A stretch of DNA of 64,000 nucleotides, from contig CM022666.1 in assembly GCA_012295275.1 (NCBI GenBank), positions 2,108,001-2,172,000 of the forward strand. The letters run 5' to 3'. The stretch's first letter is position 1. Every line of letters begins with the position of its first letter. Shown here piece after piece: positions 25,701-59,340 of the stretch. The translations under genes and the position numbers were made by a program. This DNA comes from Chrysomallon squamiferum (lineage: Eukaryota > Animalia > Mollusca). The notes beneath the pieces were generated by a model that saw only the letters and a program-made list of their open reading frames with translations, was not told where the DNA came from and ran no database searches.

Positions 25701-28700
25701 TATAAATGTTTCCCAATCTGACATCCATCTGGCAGATTTTTAAATCAAATTAAACCATATTATACTCATGCATAAATGTGTGTCTAATGTCTCTAATGTT
25801 GATTTATCACTTAGGGGAGATAATTCTTTGTGGTGAAGATGAAACAGTAATAATAATAATAATAATAACGTAAATTTTTTCAGTGAATAAATGTAACTTT
25901 ATTATTATTTTACTATTTTTTTGTTTTTTTGTTTAGAATGGAAGTGTTGTCCAAACTGCAATACATGATGCAGTCACAGTGGAATGAAGCTGTTTCACTT
26001 CTGGTCAGTTCACCTATGAGAAATTCTCAGGTAACACCATTATGTAATTCAGAGGACTGACTACCTGTCTTCTAAAATGACTGTTGTCTACAAATATACA
26101 AGCATCTTTCTTTATGAGAAAAACTATGAACTGCAGTTTATTATATTTGAATAATTACTTGGAATGTTTATTTGAAGAATTATTCAAATGAGAGAAAAAT
26201 GAATTTGTGTCTTTTTCTTGAACAAAATATTTTCAAGATTTGTTTTATTTATTAAATTCAGTTAAATTGAAAGCTTTTATAAAATATCATCAAGGCTTCA
26301 TTTATTTTTTTTTTTTTTAATTATTCACTTATTTATTTATTTATTTTATTTTATTTATTTATTTATTTATAAACTTATTTATTTATTTACTTACTTACTT
26401 ACTAACTTATTTGCATATTTATTTACATATTGACATATTTATTTATTTTATTTTAATACAGGGATCCCAGAATTCCTCACTGATCCATCTTGGTAACCAT
26501 GGATCCCAGGAACCAATGACAAGCAGTCCAAAAGAAGGACGATCCCATCCCCACACAACAGAGAACAAAGGAAACCCAAAACAAGCAGCAGCAGAGTTTG
26601 CAGTCAGTCAACGACATGGAAAGATATTTGGAAAGGTTATTTTTGTTTCTACATTTTTATATTTTATATGTAGATGATGCATTTAATTTCACATTTAATT
26701 TAAAAAAATATTGATGATTTTTTGCATAAAAATAATTGAGTATAATTCAACACTTTTTTTTAGCGTTTTATATATATATATATATATTATTTTCTCTAAG
26801 TGAATGGAAATGGTTAAACTATGGTGATTTTTTTAAATTTTGATCTTTGTAAATTTAAATAAACTGCCATGGCAAATATTTATTTATTTATGTATTTCTT
26901 TTCTCTATTAAATATTTGGATTCAAAAAAGAAACTTTTCTAAGTGGAACTGAAATTATTAATTAATTTTTTTTTTTTTTTTATAAAAATACTTTAATTTT
27001 TTGAAAGGTATTATATTAAATTATTTATTTAATTTATTATTTTTTTAACAAATTTAATTTTCCAGCCTGCACCTGTGCGAGACTGATGCTACTGACACAA
27101 TGCAGACAGAGAGCCAGGGTAAGACAACTCTGTTTCACTTCATCACAGCTAAACTGCTAAATTATTATTTTCTTTTATTATTTTTTAAATTTTTTTAAAT
27201 TTTGTTTTTCCTTTTTATTTATTATTATTATTTTTTTATTATTTTTGTTGTTTTTTTTTTTTTTTTTATTTTTTTAATATTATCCTGGGATATTTTACTT
27301 GTTTTTTTTATGTGTTTTACTGATGAATGTTTTTATAGCTCATTAGTTTTATCCAGTACATTTTCAAATGTTATGCTATTAAGGGTAAGGGATCTATGTT
27401 TCTTATTTATTTATTTTTTATTTTATTTTCATTTTTTTTTTTTCTTTCACTTTTTTTTTATCTTCTGATGTTTAAAGGTAAATATTTAATTTTTTTCTTT
27501 CTTTATTTCTTTATTTATTTGTATTTTGTTCATCAGGATTTACAACATCTGAAGACCAGAACACCTCCTTTGTGTCTGAGGTCCTGTCAGACTCCCCACC
27601 CCCAATCCAAGTCCACTCCGCTTTCGAAGATCCACAATCCACTTTACTGAATGCAGAACAGACCAGCTTCATGGATCAGTTCTTCTCATCCCAGTCAGGT
27701 CCAATGCCGAGGCATGTTCATGGTTTCCTTGTCAATCAAATGTCAAAAAGTTCAGCCTCTCAAAACGGATTGGCTGACCATCCATCCAATGAGAGGCCAG
27801 AGATGATGAATGCCACTTCGTTGCCCGGTGCTGCAGTGATGATAAGACCGCCCCAGCAACAGTCTCGGCCAATCAGAGGAGTCGACCAATCAGGTTACAG
27901 CATGTGCCCGCCTTCTCCAAAGAAAACATCACATAGGGTTCGACGTAGGTCAGCTGATGAACAAAGATGGCTGACAGAACCTGAACATGATGAAGCAAGA
28001 GTCACAGGTAATTAGTTATTTCCCTTTCTGGGAACAAATTTATATATCTTCCTATATAGACAGAAACAGATCTTTCTATTTGTCTTCTTGAAGCATAGAA
28101 AGATTTCATTTATACAGCGAGGAATCCAATTTTATGAACATAAGATATATGTCAACAAAATTTACACATTTTTGTCTGTTTAAATTTGAATGATTACTTA
28201 TCTATAAACTTATTTTTAATTATTGTGAGAAAACAAAAAAAATAATAATAATAATAATAAAACTATAAAAATAAATACACTGTAATGGTTATTTCAAATT
28301 CCACCACAAAATATATCCTTCTTTAAATGACCTGTCCAAAAGAGTCACCTGTTTATAGTGGTCAGCACCCACTATTTTTCATCAAAAACTGTCAACTGAA
28401 CTTGTTGTAACAGATACAAGTAAGTTCCATCAGTCATAACTGAAAAACAAGCATACAGGCAGTAACTTAGTAACTTCTGTAAAATGTTGTTTTACTACAC
28501 CTGTGATGTAATTCAACTAAAATACATGTATGTACATATGTACATAAGTATATATGTGTGTACAAGAAATGTACATATGTACGTGTGTGTGTGTGTCTAT
28601 GTGTGTGTCTGTGTGTGTGTATGTGTGTCTGTCTATGTGTGTCTGTCCGTGTGTGTGTGTGTGTTTACACATGTTTTTCTCTCTCCCTCAAGATCCACCT

Positions 28701-31482
28701 CACCTGTCGCGTCATGGAATGTCTCCCCCAGTGAAACAGACGAGACATTTGCAAGAAGTTGAAAACCACGCAGAAACACTGGCTGCTGATGGAGGAGAGG
28801 AAGTTGTGGCTGATGTAGGGAGGTACGTGTTAATAATGATCTGAATTGTTGACATTTTGGGGTTTTTTTTCGTTTGAAATAATTAGCAGCTTTGCTTTGA
28901 AATATTTTGTTTATGAGTGTGTTTGTTTGTTTGTTTGTTATACATTTTCATTAGTGACTGAATGAATGTATTAGTTTTTAAATTAGTTAAAACTGAAATT
29001 TATTTTTATTATTAAGAGATTTGTTTGTGTTGAGTTCTGTTCTGTGTGTTTGGTTTTGATTTAGTTCTCTCTGCTTTCCGTTAATATTTTTTTTTTTTTG
29101 CATATTTTATTTTTCATTTTTATTTGTTTGTTTGTTTCTTGTCACCATGTTCATGTATATAACTGTCCTTAAAAATGTTCTGTCTGGGTAGAAATATTTA
29201 CACACACACACATTACAAATAATGTTGAGATGTACAAATTAAAATGATCGTTACAGACTGGACAAAGACTACAGTGATATTTCTCTTCGAGTAGCTGAAC
29301 ACGAGTCAAGGCAGGAAGAACTTCAGCATTACATTAAGATGGTGAGTGTGAGAAACACACGTTTTATTTCTTCAGATTTTCAGTGATGAGCAATTTTCCA
29401 AACTAGTATCTGTTTATAATTATATCTTTGTTATCTTGTGTGTATCTGCAGATGTACACTAGTATTTGAAAGTATGTATATTAAAAAAGGTATGTGTGTG
29501 TATTTTACTGATTTAGCAAGTGTGCGAGTCTGTCTATGCTTGTATATGTTTGTGTCTGAGAATGTTTGACAGACTGAGAATATGAGTGATAGAGAGAAGA
29601 AGAAGAGAAGAATAGACAGATGAGGAGAGAGAAAGCATGCAGAAGATTTCATAATGTGAAATTTTATTGATTCATATATATAATAAAAACAAATTTTTTT
29701 TTTAACTTTTTTTTTCTTGATCTATCAGCTTCTGGATCGAAACCCGACTACAGATCAGAATCTTCCAGCTGGATCAGAAATACTCGAGTCTTCCCAAGAA
29801 GCCACAAGTAAATTTTTTACTTGCTCATACAAGTTTCTGACTTACCGTTTTATTTGTTTTCTGTATTAGTATCTTCATATCTTCACACTTTGTCTCTCCT
29901 TCTGTCTCCCTCTGTTTTGTCTCTCCATCTTTCCTTCTCTGTGTCTTTGTATATTGTCCCTTATCTTTGTTTCTGTCTCTATCAATACATAGATCTTGAA
30001 CAGTTTTCTTTTTTCTTTTCTTTATCTTTCTCTCTGTTGGATATTCTGTTTCCACAGAATTGTTCCACATTTCCATCAATATTCTTATCATTTCTCTCTC
30101 TCTCTCTTTTTATCTCTCATTATCTTTTTCTGTCTCTATTTCCTGTTCTAACCAGTTACCCAAATCTGCTTTATCAAAGACAGTTATATCTGTTTTCCTT
30201 TCCATGGGAGAGTTATAGAAAACAGTCCCTTCCCTAATCCTGGCAGCTGATAAAAAGATAAAGGTTTTGAAACAAAATTAAACATAACATGTATTCACAC
30301 AGAAATTATTGGTTTTATTTCAAGAATTTTTTTTTTAAAAAATATTTTTCTTCTTCTTCTTCATTATTTTACTGAAATGATTTGCTGTTGTGCTAGGTGA
30401 GTTGGATTTAAATGACACAGCACAGGCAGCCCAGCTTAACCAGGAGCTGAAGAGAATACAGGAACTCAGAGAGCGTTTGGTAAGTTAAATGTATAGAGAG
30501 TGTGTGTGCATGTGTGTCTGTGTGCATGTGTGTGTGTGTGTGTCTGTGTGCATGTGAGAGTGTGTGCGTTTGACTGTGTGCATGTGAGTGTGCATGTTTG
30601 TGTGTGTTTGTGTCTGTGCATGTGCATGTGTGTGTGTTTGACTGTGTCATGTGCACATGTCTGTGTGTGTCTGTGTGCATGTGAGAGTGTGTGCGAGTGT
30701 GTGTGTGAGAGAGAGAGAGAAAGCATGTATGTGTTGCATGAGAGAAATCAAGTGAATCTGAATGTGCGTGAGTGTGTACGTGTGTTAGAATGCATGCATA
30801 TGGTATGTTTGGTATTAGAGAACGTGTATGTTACGTGAGTCTGGGTGCACATCTCTTTTTGCCTTGATAAAATACTTGCTATAGTAACTGTAGTAATAAA
30901 CAGTTTATTTGGACAAGCAAAAAAAATACAAACTAGAGCAACAGTTTTCTGTTTTTATTTTATATACAGACATGTAATATCTTTTATTATCTGTGATATT
31001 GGTATAGTGTGAAATATTTCTTTTTCTTTTTTTTAAATTGGTTTATTTAATTTTTAGTTATTATCGCTGATTTTTATTTCAACAACAGAAACCAACAAAA
31101 GATGATACAAAACCAGAAAAAGAAAAACCTTCAGGAAAGGAAAAAGGTAAATATATATTTTTCATGGGTAAGATTTTGAGTTAATGGAAGATGATAAAGC
31201 TGGTTTTTATTTAAGTCCTAGAACAAAATCACTTTTGTTTATTTTTATCATCAACCCTTTCTTTCCTATAATTAATTAGATACAAAAACAAAATTACTAG
31301 TTATATATTGTAAAATGTACTTATATTTTTTAAAAGATTCAAGTTTCTAACAATATATTACTTTCTTCTGTATCTGCTCATATTGTAATTTCATTGAATT
31401 TCAAAGGGAACATTGATCTATTACATTACATAATACTATACTATTACATTATATCATAATATATTTATCATAGATATTATCA

Positions 31483-31539
<57 letters not shown>

Positions 31540-33244
31540 GATTATTATTACTACTATTTGTCAGTGGTATCAAGCATTTAAAATATAGAGTTTTAAATTT
31601 AAATTTAAATTTTTTTACCATATCTTATAATACAGATATAACAATTATTATTCCATAATATCTTTTTATTTTTTTATTTTATTTTATTTTTTTTTTTTCT
31701 GTTCCACAGGTTCCCAGATGCACGGAGTTCTCCCCCCTGAGCAGCTCTCTGAAATTTCACGTCTGCTTGATGAGTACCGCACTCGCTGGGAAACATCACC
31801 CGGTCCACACGTCGAAGATTCTGTAACCCAGCTGTTAGATCTTCTTCAGAACCTTCCCAGAAGGTAAAATAATAATAATAATAATAATTAAAAAAATATA
31901 TAGAATAAAAAGTGTGTATGTATGTATTTTTTAATTATGTATATATAATAGTAGTAAAAAATAAATTAAAAAATATTTAAAAAAAACAGTATAAAAAGTA
32001 TTTATATATATATATAATTTAAAACAAAAAATATTAACAATAATTGTGAAATTTTCTTCAAAAGCTTCATATTAGATAAAAAAATAATAATCAGTAATAA
32101 AAAAATATAATATTTTAGGATTATTTGAAAGTGCAGTCATACATTTACTAGAGGTTTGTCATAAATCTTAACACTTTGAAGGAGATATACATTTATAAAT
32201 AAACGTAATATTTTTAATATAAAAGATTGTAAACAGATAGAAGTAGAGATATAGAGAAGTAGACAGAGAAGTAGACAGATAAAAATAAAACAAAAATAAT
32301 AACAATGTGAGATATATTGAAAGAGATGTGGATTTCCCCAAAAAACATGTTATATCATTTAAACAATATTTTTTCTTTCTTTTATTATTATTTTTTTTAA
32401 TTTATTTTTTTTTTTTTTTTTTAAACAGGAATGATCAAAAGCATTCAGGCGATCCCACCTCTCCTAAAAGTCGATCTCGTGTGCAAATCACTTCTTCAAA
32501 GAAAAGTTCAGGTGTTAAACCTTCCCAGTCAACTGTGACCATTTCTAGAGTAAGTAAATATATATATATATATATATAAAATAAAAAAAATAAACCAGTG
32601 TTACAACATCTTAACATTTTAACATTAACAGTTCCTAAGTGTCATGAGTGTGTGTGATTTATGATTAAACAAATCTGATAGTAAAATTAATAATATGGTA
32701 AATAATTGAATATAAAGACGTTTTTGTGTTTTAATATTTACAGTTACTAAGTGTCACATTTCTGATTTTTGACAATGAATTCCGAGAGCTATAATTTATC
32801 ACATAACAAATATGTAAATGCAATAACAGCATTAACATTTTTAATAATCATTAAGTGTTTGGCAATTCAATTTTGGATGATAAAAATCTTTCTTTGTCCT
32901 CAAAAGTTGGGTGTGCATGTGAGTGAGTTTGCACGTGCATGCCAGAAATATTGACAGCAAAGAACGGAAGATTAAATATTCTTCATTTTTTAAAAAAAAA
33001 ATTATTTAATTTTAATTTTTAATTTATTTATTATTGTTTTTTAATTTTTTTTAATTTATTAATTTTTCTTGTTTTTATTTTTTTTTTTTATTTTTTTTTT
33101 TTTTTCACCCAGGCTGCAGGGGACACAACTAGAAGATCTGATTCAGAGTCAGAGAAGAGTTATCCTGCTTCATCCAGCAGAAAATCTGAGAGAAAACTGA
33201 CAAAAACAGCACAGAAACATTCAAAACATTCAGCCTGGAAATAA
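17913..33244 (+). CDS. CNTROB: Centrobin (daughter-centriole coiled-coil protein), 25 coding exons, about 1630 aa; one 1-nt frame inconsistency in exon 15
   Basis: Exons 17913-19778, 20105-20207, 20607-20679, 21191-21359, 21829-21864, 22046-22126, 22476-22592, 22955-23209, 23748-23840, 24150-24263, 24495-24590, 24991-25187, 25574-25639, 25937-26030, 26462-26635, 27066-27118, 27537-28007, 28693-28822, 29257-29341, 29729-29807, 30397-30479, 31089-31146, 31710-31863, 32429-32549, 33113-33244 (sum 4900 nt = 3n+1). Centrobin-like blocks: MEDVRSHLRNML; RRKHCEQQIHHLNVRLLEAQQQLAVAIATNKKKDTMIEQLDKQLAKVVEGW; LQYMMQSQWNEAVSLL; EISRLLDEY; C-terminal WK*. Confidence 0.88.
20340..20440 (-). repeat. Inverted (antisense) copy of CNTROB intron 7 3' end and exon 8 start (22886-22991)
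   Basis: Manual alignment gives about 85/100 identity plus one 6-nt gap to the reverse complement of 22886-22991. Confidence 0.9.
23224..23552 (+). repeat. Intronic minisatellite, ~70-85 bp unit, 4-6 copies
   Basis: ACGGCAGATTTGATTGGTTGTTTGTTATCTTG...TTGTTCTGCAGAAATGTTTTTAGGATAAA repeated just after the exon 8 donor. Confidence 0.85.
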
Positions 33245-35093
33245 CAGAGATGTTTTAGGCATTAAATTACATTAATTTAAAATATTCAAAACATTTAGTC
33301 TCAAAACATTACAGACACCTGTAGAAATTAAATTACATTAATATAATTATTTATTACCCCTGGGTTTAATACAAACATCATAACACTTTACATTACATCA
33401 GATACTTGAAACAGTCACCTTGAAAATAACATTATACATATGCACATTAAATTATATTAAACATTCGTTGAAAAAATTTTTGTTAGGAATTAATCAATTT
33501 TCATACAAATTATATATTCATGATAACTGGCCTGAAAATGATCAACTGTAGATATTAATTTAAATGCTGGATTAGTCTGTGATAAAGTTTAAATTATTTA
33601 TGTTTGTGTATACTGTTAGAACTGTGGTCATTGTGGAATGTTTCTTCGTGCAGTTGTTTTTGATCAAAGTACAGAAATGAATATAATAAGATGCATTTAT
33701 TTCAGTGTGTATCTACATTGTAGTTTTAAATAGCATATTTTTAGAAATGTTAGTGCCATTTTATATATTAAAAAAATCAGAAGAAAAATAAAAGTAAGCT
33801 GGTTTTTATATTTAATTTATGAGCAATATAATCATCTATATTATTGTTTGTAATAATAGTATTGTCATTAGTGTTGTTGAGAGCACCATGATTGTCATCA
33901 TCATCATCAATAGTAGTACTATAAATATCATTATTTGTAATTAGTATTATCATCATTACTATTATTAACATCATCATTATTAATTATTGTCTCTATTATT
34001 TTATTATCATCGTAGTCATTAAAGTGTTCTTTTAAACCTGTTGTCTTAGCTGTTAGTTACAAACCTACCTTGTTTCTTAACGAGTTTGTACCTGCCTTCA
34101 ACAAAATGAAATTATTCAAATAGAAAATAAATTAATTGAAATTTACTTGTTTGACAAGTGACTGTTTATTGTTTTGAATAAACTTTTTTACTTTCACATT
34201 TGCTTGATAAGACTTTTTAAAATCTGAATTAAATTTTTGTATATGTGTGTATACATGCATGGTTATGAATATGAGGTTTTGTTAGTGTTTTATTTTTTTA
34301 AAATACTTAAAAATTGTGGTGTGCATGGACTTTAAAGTTTGCTCCATATAACCAAGGATTTCGAATAATAAAATAATAAAAAATATATTTTTTAGGAATC
34401 AGTTTACCAGAGTAAACAATAAAAGCTATAAAACGTAATTTTCACAATAAATTTGAGATCATTGTAAGGCAGCAGGGAATGCATCAGACTTGGATTTTCC
34501 ATTGGAAGTGAGGATAAATAAGTTATTTCCAATTCCAACTCTTGAACATGTACAAAAGAATTGACAATAATAGAATTATTTAAGTAGATTTCCAATATTT
34601 TTTAAAGACCAAGATATAATATTTATATTGCAATTCCAACTAATTCTTAGTCAAATGATAAAATAAAAACATGCTGCTGTTTTTCTTGTTTTTCTTAATC
34701 CCACTTTCATATTCAAAGAAATGATTACATCTTTGGTTGAAAATCGATCAAGTCCTAAACCGCTGATACATAATTCTTTTCATATGACATAATATGACAT
34801 CATCTAACCTGGGATGTTATGTTGTTAACATAAATTATGCAAGCTGATTAATCTATATTATCTAACATAGCCTTGGTAGAGGTGATGAACATACTCATTT
34901 AAGTTCAATATGTACATGCATACACACACACATAATATACATACACGCATACTTAAACATAAAATTCACACACACAAATAACAAACAAAACTAAAAAAAA
35001 ATAATAATAATAATAACTAGCACATTTTGACAGATATTTTTAGTCCTTTATTTTTTAAGAGTTGTGGAGCCATCTGTTTATCCAGTTGATCCA

Positions 35094-35154
<61 letters not shown>

Positions 35155-35318
35155 CATGCATGTGTATGTTTGTGTTAATTTTTATTTGTTTATTTTACTT
35201 ATTTATTTATTTTTAATTAATTGACCTTTAACTGCTGACCAGTATGTGCAAATAATAAAATTTGAAAGCTATCATTTCTTTCTGTCTTCTTTTTTCTTTT
35301 CTTTTATTTTTCATTTGT

Positions 35319-35384
<66 letters not shown>

Positions 35385-35844
35385 TTAAATTGCAATGTAA
35401 CAGAAGATAGAAATATAAAACCATCAAACATTCCATTTAGGGATTTTTGGGGGTGGGGGGGTTTGTTGAGTGGGGTTTTTTTTCCACATTAACGTAATAG
35501 AATATTCTTCAAATTATAAGGATACAAAATTCTGTCATATAAAAACTTTCTCACTGATTTATTTATTGGAAACTGAAAATGAAAAATAAGAAAGACAATA
35601 AATCTTTGGAAAGCCTACATATTTATCAGTTGAGCTTTTTATTTATTCTTAAAAAAATATTTTGTGTGTGCTTGTGTTTTCTATATATATATATAGTATA
35701 CATATCTTCATGCTGCATATTCTCAGCACGCAGACACTAACATTTTGTATTTATTTTATCATTTGACAAGTATCTCTGATGATAACAGCAAATAACTGAA
35801 TACATTTTATTTCAAAATCCAGCATATTTTTTTATTTTTTGCGA

Positions 35845-35895
<51 letters not shown>

Positions 35896-36309
35896 GATGC
35901 CTGGATAGATGGTTAAAGACAGATAAAGACAGACATATGCAGAAATGCATACGTGCGTATGTTTATATGCAGATATACAGTTATATACAAGTCATTATAT
36001 ATCAAAATCCATTTATAAAATTACTCTTAAACTGATGCACTTGTTTAAAATATATATAAATTACGTTTGTTTTCTATATTGGTTACTTACGTATCTGATT
36101 TGCGTAAAACAAAATGAAATCTTCATCCAAGATGGAGCTTTTTTCTTCTTCTTTTTTAACAATTAATGTCACTCCGCGTGATATATAGTTTACAAATCAA
36201 CTTCCATAAATCAACTTTTTATTTCTCTCGATAAAGAAATGATAATCAGTTTTGAAATTTGAGTCACTGTAATCAAGTTTTTGTTGTTGGTTTTTTTTTT
36301 TTTTTGGTT

Positions 36310-36342
<33 letters not shown>

Positions 36343-36344
<2 letters not shown>

Positions 36345-36915
36345 GTTTCACAATATTTGTCAGGTGACAGTAAGTGTATACGAGTCGAGAATATTGAGTC
36401 ATCAAAATCATATTTAATCTGGTTACAAAAATATTTGTCATGTGATAGAAAAAGTAAACAAGTTTACAAACGTATACATTACCAAAATCATATTATTACT
36501 GGTTTGAGAATCTGTGTCTTGTGACGGGAAATTTTTTATGTTTTCGAAACTGAGTTATTCAAATCGTGTTTTTATTGGTTTGAGAATATTTGTCATGTGA
36601 CAGGAAAAGTATATCGGTTTTCAGAAGTAATCATCAAAATCATATTTTTGTTGGTTTTAAAAATATTTTGTCATATGACTGGAAATACTTGTAATTTCTT
36701 AAAATAGTCATAAAAATAATATATATATTTTTTTTAATGGTTTGAGAATATTTGTCATGAAACAGGACTTGTATATCGGTTTTATAAAGTAAATAATTAA
36801 AGTCATGTTTTATTGGTTTCAAAAATATTTGTCATGTGACAGGCAATGTTTGTAAATTTTGAAAAATGAGTCATTAAAATCATGTTTTTGTTTTGTTTTT
36901 TTTTTTTGTGTGTTA

Positions 36916-36953
<38 letters not shown>

Positions 36954-37105
36954 TCACAATGCTGGTCATATTAAAGAAGCTATATATTCTTTTGAAATCT
37001 AAGTGAACAAAATTACTTGTCGGGAACAATTTTATAGTTGTTGAATTTGAGAGTCATCAAAATGATGTTTTTATTGGAATCAGAATATTTGTTATGTTGA
37101 AGGAA
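36343..37105 (+). repeat. Degenerate ~76-80 bp minisatellite, about 9 copies
   Basis: GGTTT..GAATATTTGTCATGTGACAGG..AGTCATCAAAATCAT..TTTTATT units near 36343, 36421, 36501, 36577, 36653, 36739, 36815 and 37076, plus a decayed one near 36952. Confidence 0.85.
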
Positions 37106-38034
37106 TTATGCGTTTGTAAACAATTTTGAACTGTAGCTCTCGAAAATAATTTTTTATGATTTTATGTCTCTGTAATGATGTAAGCTTCAAGATAAAATGT
37201 TCTTGTTTTGGGGTTTTTTTTTTTCTTTTGCTGGGGGGTAATGGGTTGTTTTGGGGGGTTGTTTTATTTTTTGTTTTTTTTATGTTTGTTTTGTTCTTGT
37301 GGTTAATATTTTTTTTTCTGTAAAGACTGTTGATTTGTTCACATGCAGGAATTTTATTTTTATTATGTTATTCTATTTGTTTGTTTGATTTATTTATCTA
37401 ATGCTGCTATTATTGTTGTTATTACCATTTTATTCTTCACTTTTTTCTTTCTTTCTTTTTTTTAACAGAATCTCTGAAAAAGAAATTTCAAAGATATTAC
37501 TGTTGTGTATTTTTTTTTTTCTATCATTTACGCATGCATACAGACAAGATTATATTCGAAATAAAAAATAAAATATCTATTTTGACAAATAATGAATAAA
37601 ATTATTTTGGGCTTCTTTAAAGGATAAATTGAAAAGATCTATTTTTGAATAGCTTTTTTTCTTCTTTCTTCTTTTTTTTTTTTTTTTTTTTTTTTCTTCT
37701 CAGCTCTTTAACAAAGAAGAAGAAGAAGAAATAGAAGACAAAAAAGAATGAAGTAAATTATTTTTGGCACTTTTCAGAGATTACGCTTGTATTGAGTTTT
37801 TATATCTATTTTTCTGACGTCTGTTAAACCAAAAGATTTTTTAAAAGGAAAAAAAAAAACATTGGATTGCTTTCAACAATCAAGATTTATATCCAGATGT
37901 TTTTCAAGTTTTCTTTTTCTGTACTCTGTGGAAGAAATTATTTTTGACTGTTCTCAGATGTTGTTTAAAAACTCATTTTCTTTTTTATATATATCTATAA
38001 TTGTTGTCTCTGTTTTTTTTTTTTTTTCTTTCAA

Positions 38035-38065
<31 letters not shown>

Positions 38066-38205
38066 CATTTGGGGGGGATTGAAAGGTCGTTGCTGTCGAT
38101 TTGTGTGTGTGTAAACTTTAAACAAATTATCTATATTTAAAATATAGATTTTTTCTCGTCTGCTTTCGAACACTAAATTATCCTAAACCATTTTATAGAT
38201 CGATC

Positions 38206-38261
<56 letters not shown>

Positions 38262-38565
38262 AAACGTATGAATAAAAGAAAAACGGAAATGAAAAATAGA
38301 AATAGAAATATTAATGCAAATGGGGGAAAAAAAAAAAAAAAAAAAAAAATTACGAAGAAGGATCAGAAACGTAATTCCACTCACAGATGCGTAACATACG
38401 ATTTATCGATTTGTTCTGTCTGCTAGATAAAAATCTATCTATCCCATCCCGGAAGTTGGAATGTAATACTATTGCCAGGAAACTGGAGACGAAAATAGGC
38501 TCGTTTACTGTCATTATTCAGCTCGTGGCGACCTGGAGGGAAGCATGTTGTCTGTTGTTTTTCTG

Positions 38566-58314
<19,749 letters not shown>

Positions 58315-58514
58315 TAGCGTAAAAATGGGTGTAACTGTAAGTACTTCTTTTTGTCAATAGGATATAAGAAGTTCTGGAAAATACTTTTACTGTGTCTCTC
58401 TGTCTCTCACTCTCCTTTTTTAAATTTAAATATTTTTTTTTTTATTCAGTCATTCTACTTCTAGGTGAAACTAATAACAGTATTTAGTTTGGTGGAGTTG
58501 TTAAATTATTTTAT

Positions 58515-58621
<107 letters not shown>

Positions 58622-59261
58622 GCTAAACGCCTAAGACCATCTCAGTGTATCAAATTCCATGTCTCTGACAGTTCACAAAAATGAATAACATGTTATTGTG
58701 ACGATTATATCGGTAGTCACGAACTAAACCAATTGTATTCCCAGAGATCGATACAGACCTATTATTATGATTTAATCGGGCTTTGCAAACACGTGAAATG
58801 CATGTACTTCAGCGAGTTGAGTAACTGCGGAACTGGCGCTAAATGTCGTGACGTCGTTTAACGAATAGATTTTCAAAACGATAATGAAAATAAATATTAG
58901 TCAATATAAATTATCGATATATTTGAAGGTGGATATTTGAGAGAAAGTGTTATTCATTCATACTTTCTTTTTTTTAATTTTTTAATTTTTTTATTTATAT
59001 ATATATATATATTTTTTTATACCTCTCCCATTGTTTTGATGCCACTATATACAACTCAGTTTGTATTGATGAATCTGGTGATAAATCTTAGATAATATTT
59101 TCTTTGAACATTGTTTCATGTTAAATTCGTGCCTGGCAACATTATTAGACATCTGGTTATAATTGATACGTTGTTTTTGTTTGTTATTTTTGTGTTTCTC
59201 TCTCTCCCTTTTTCTTTCACTTTGTTTCTTTGATGTAAAATCTTTAAGAACACACACACAC

Positions 59262-59340
<79 letters not shown>

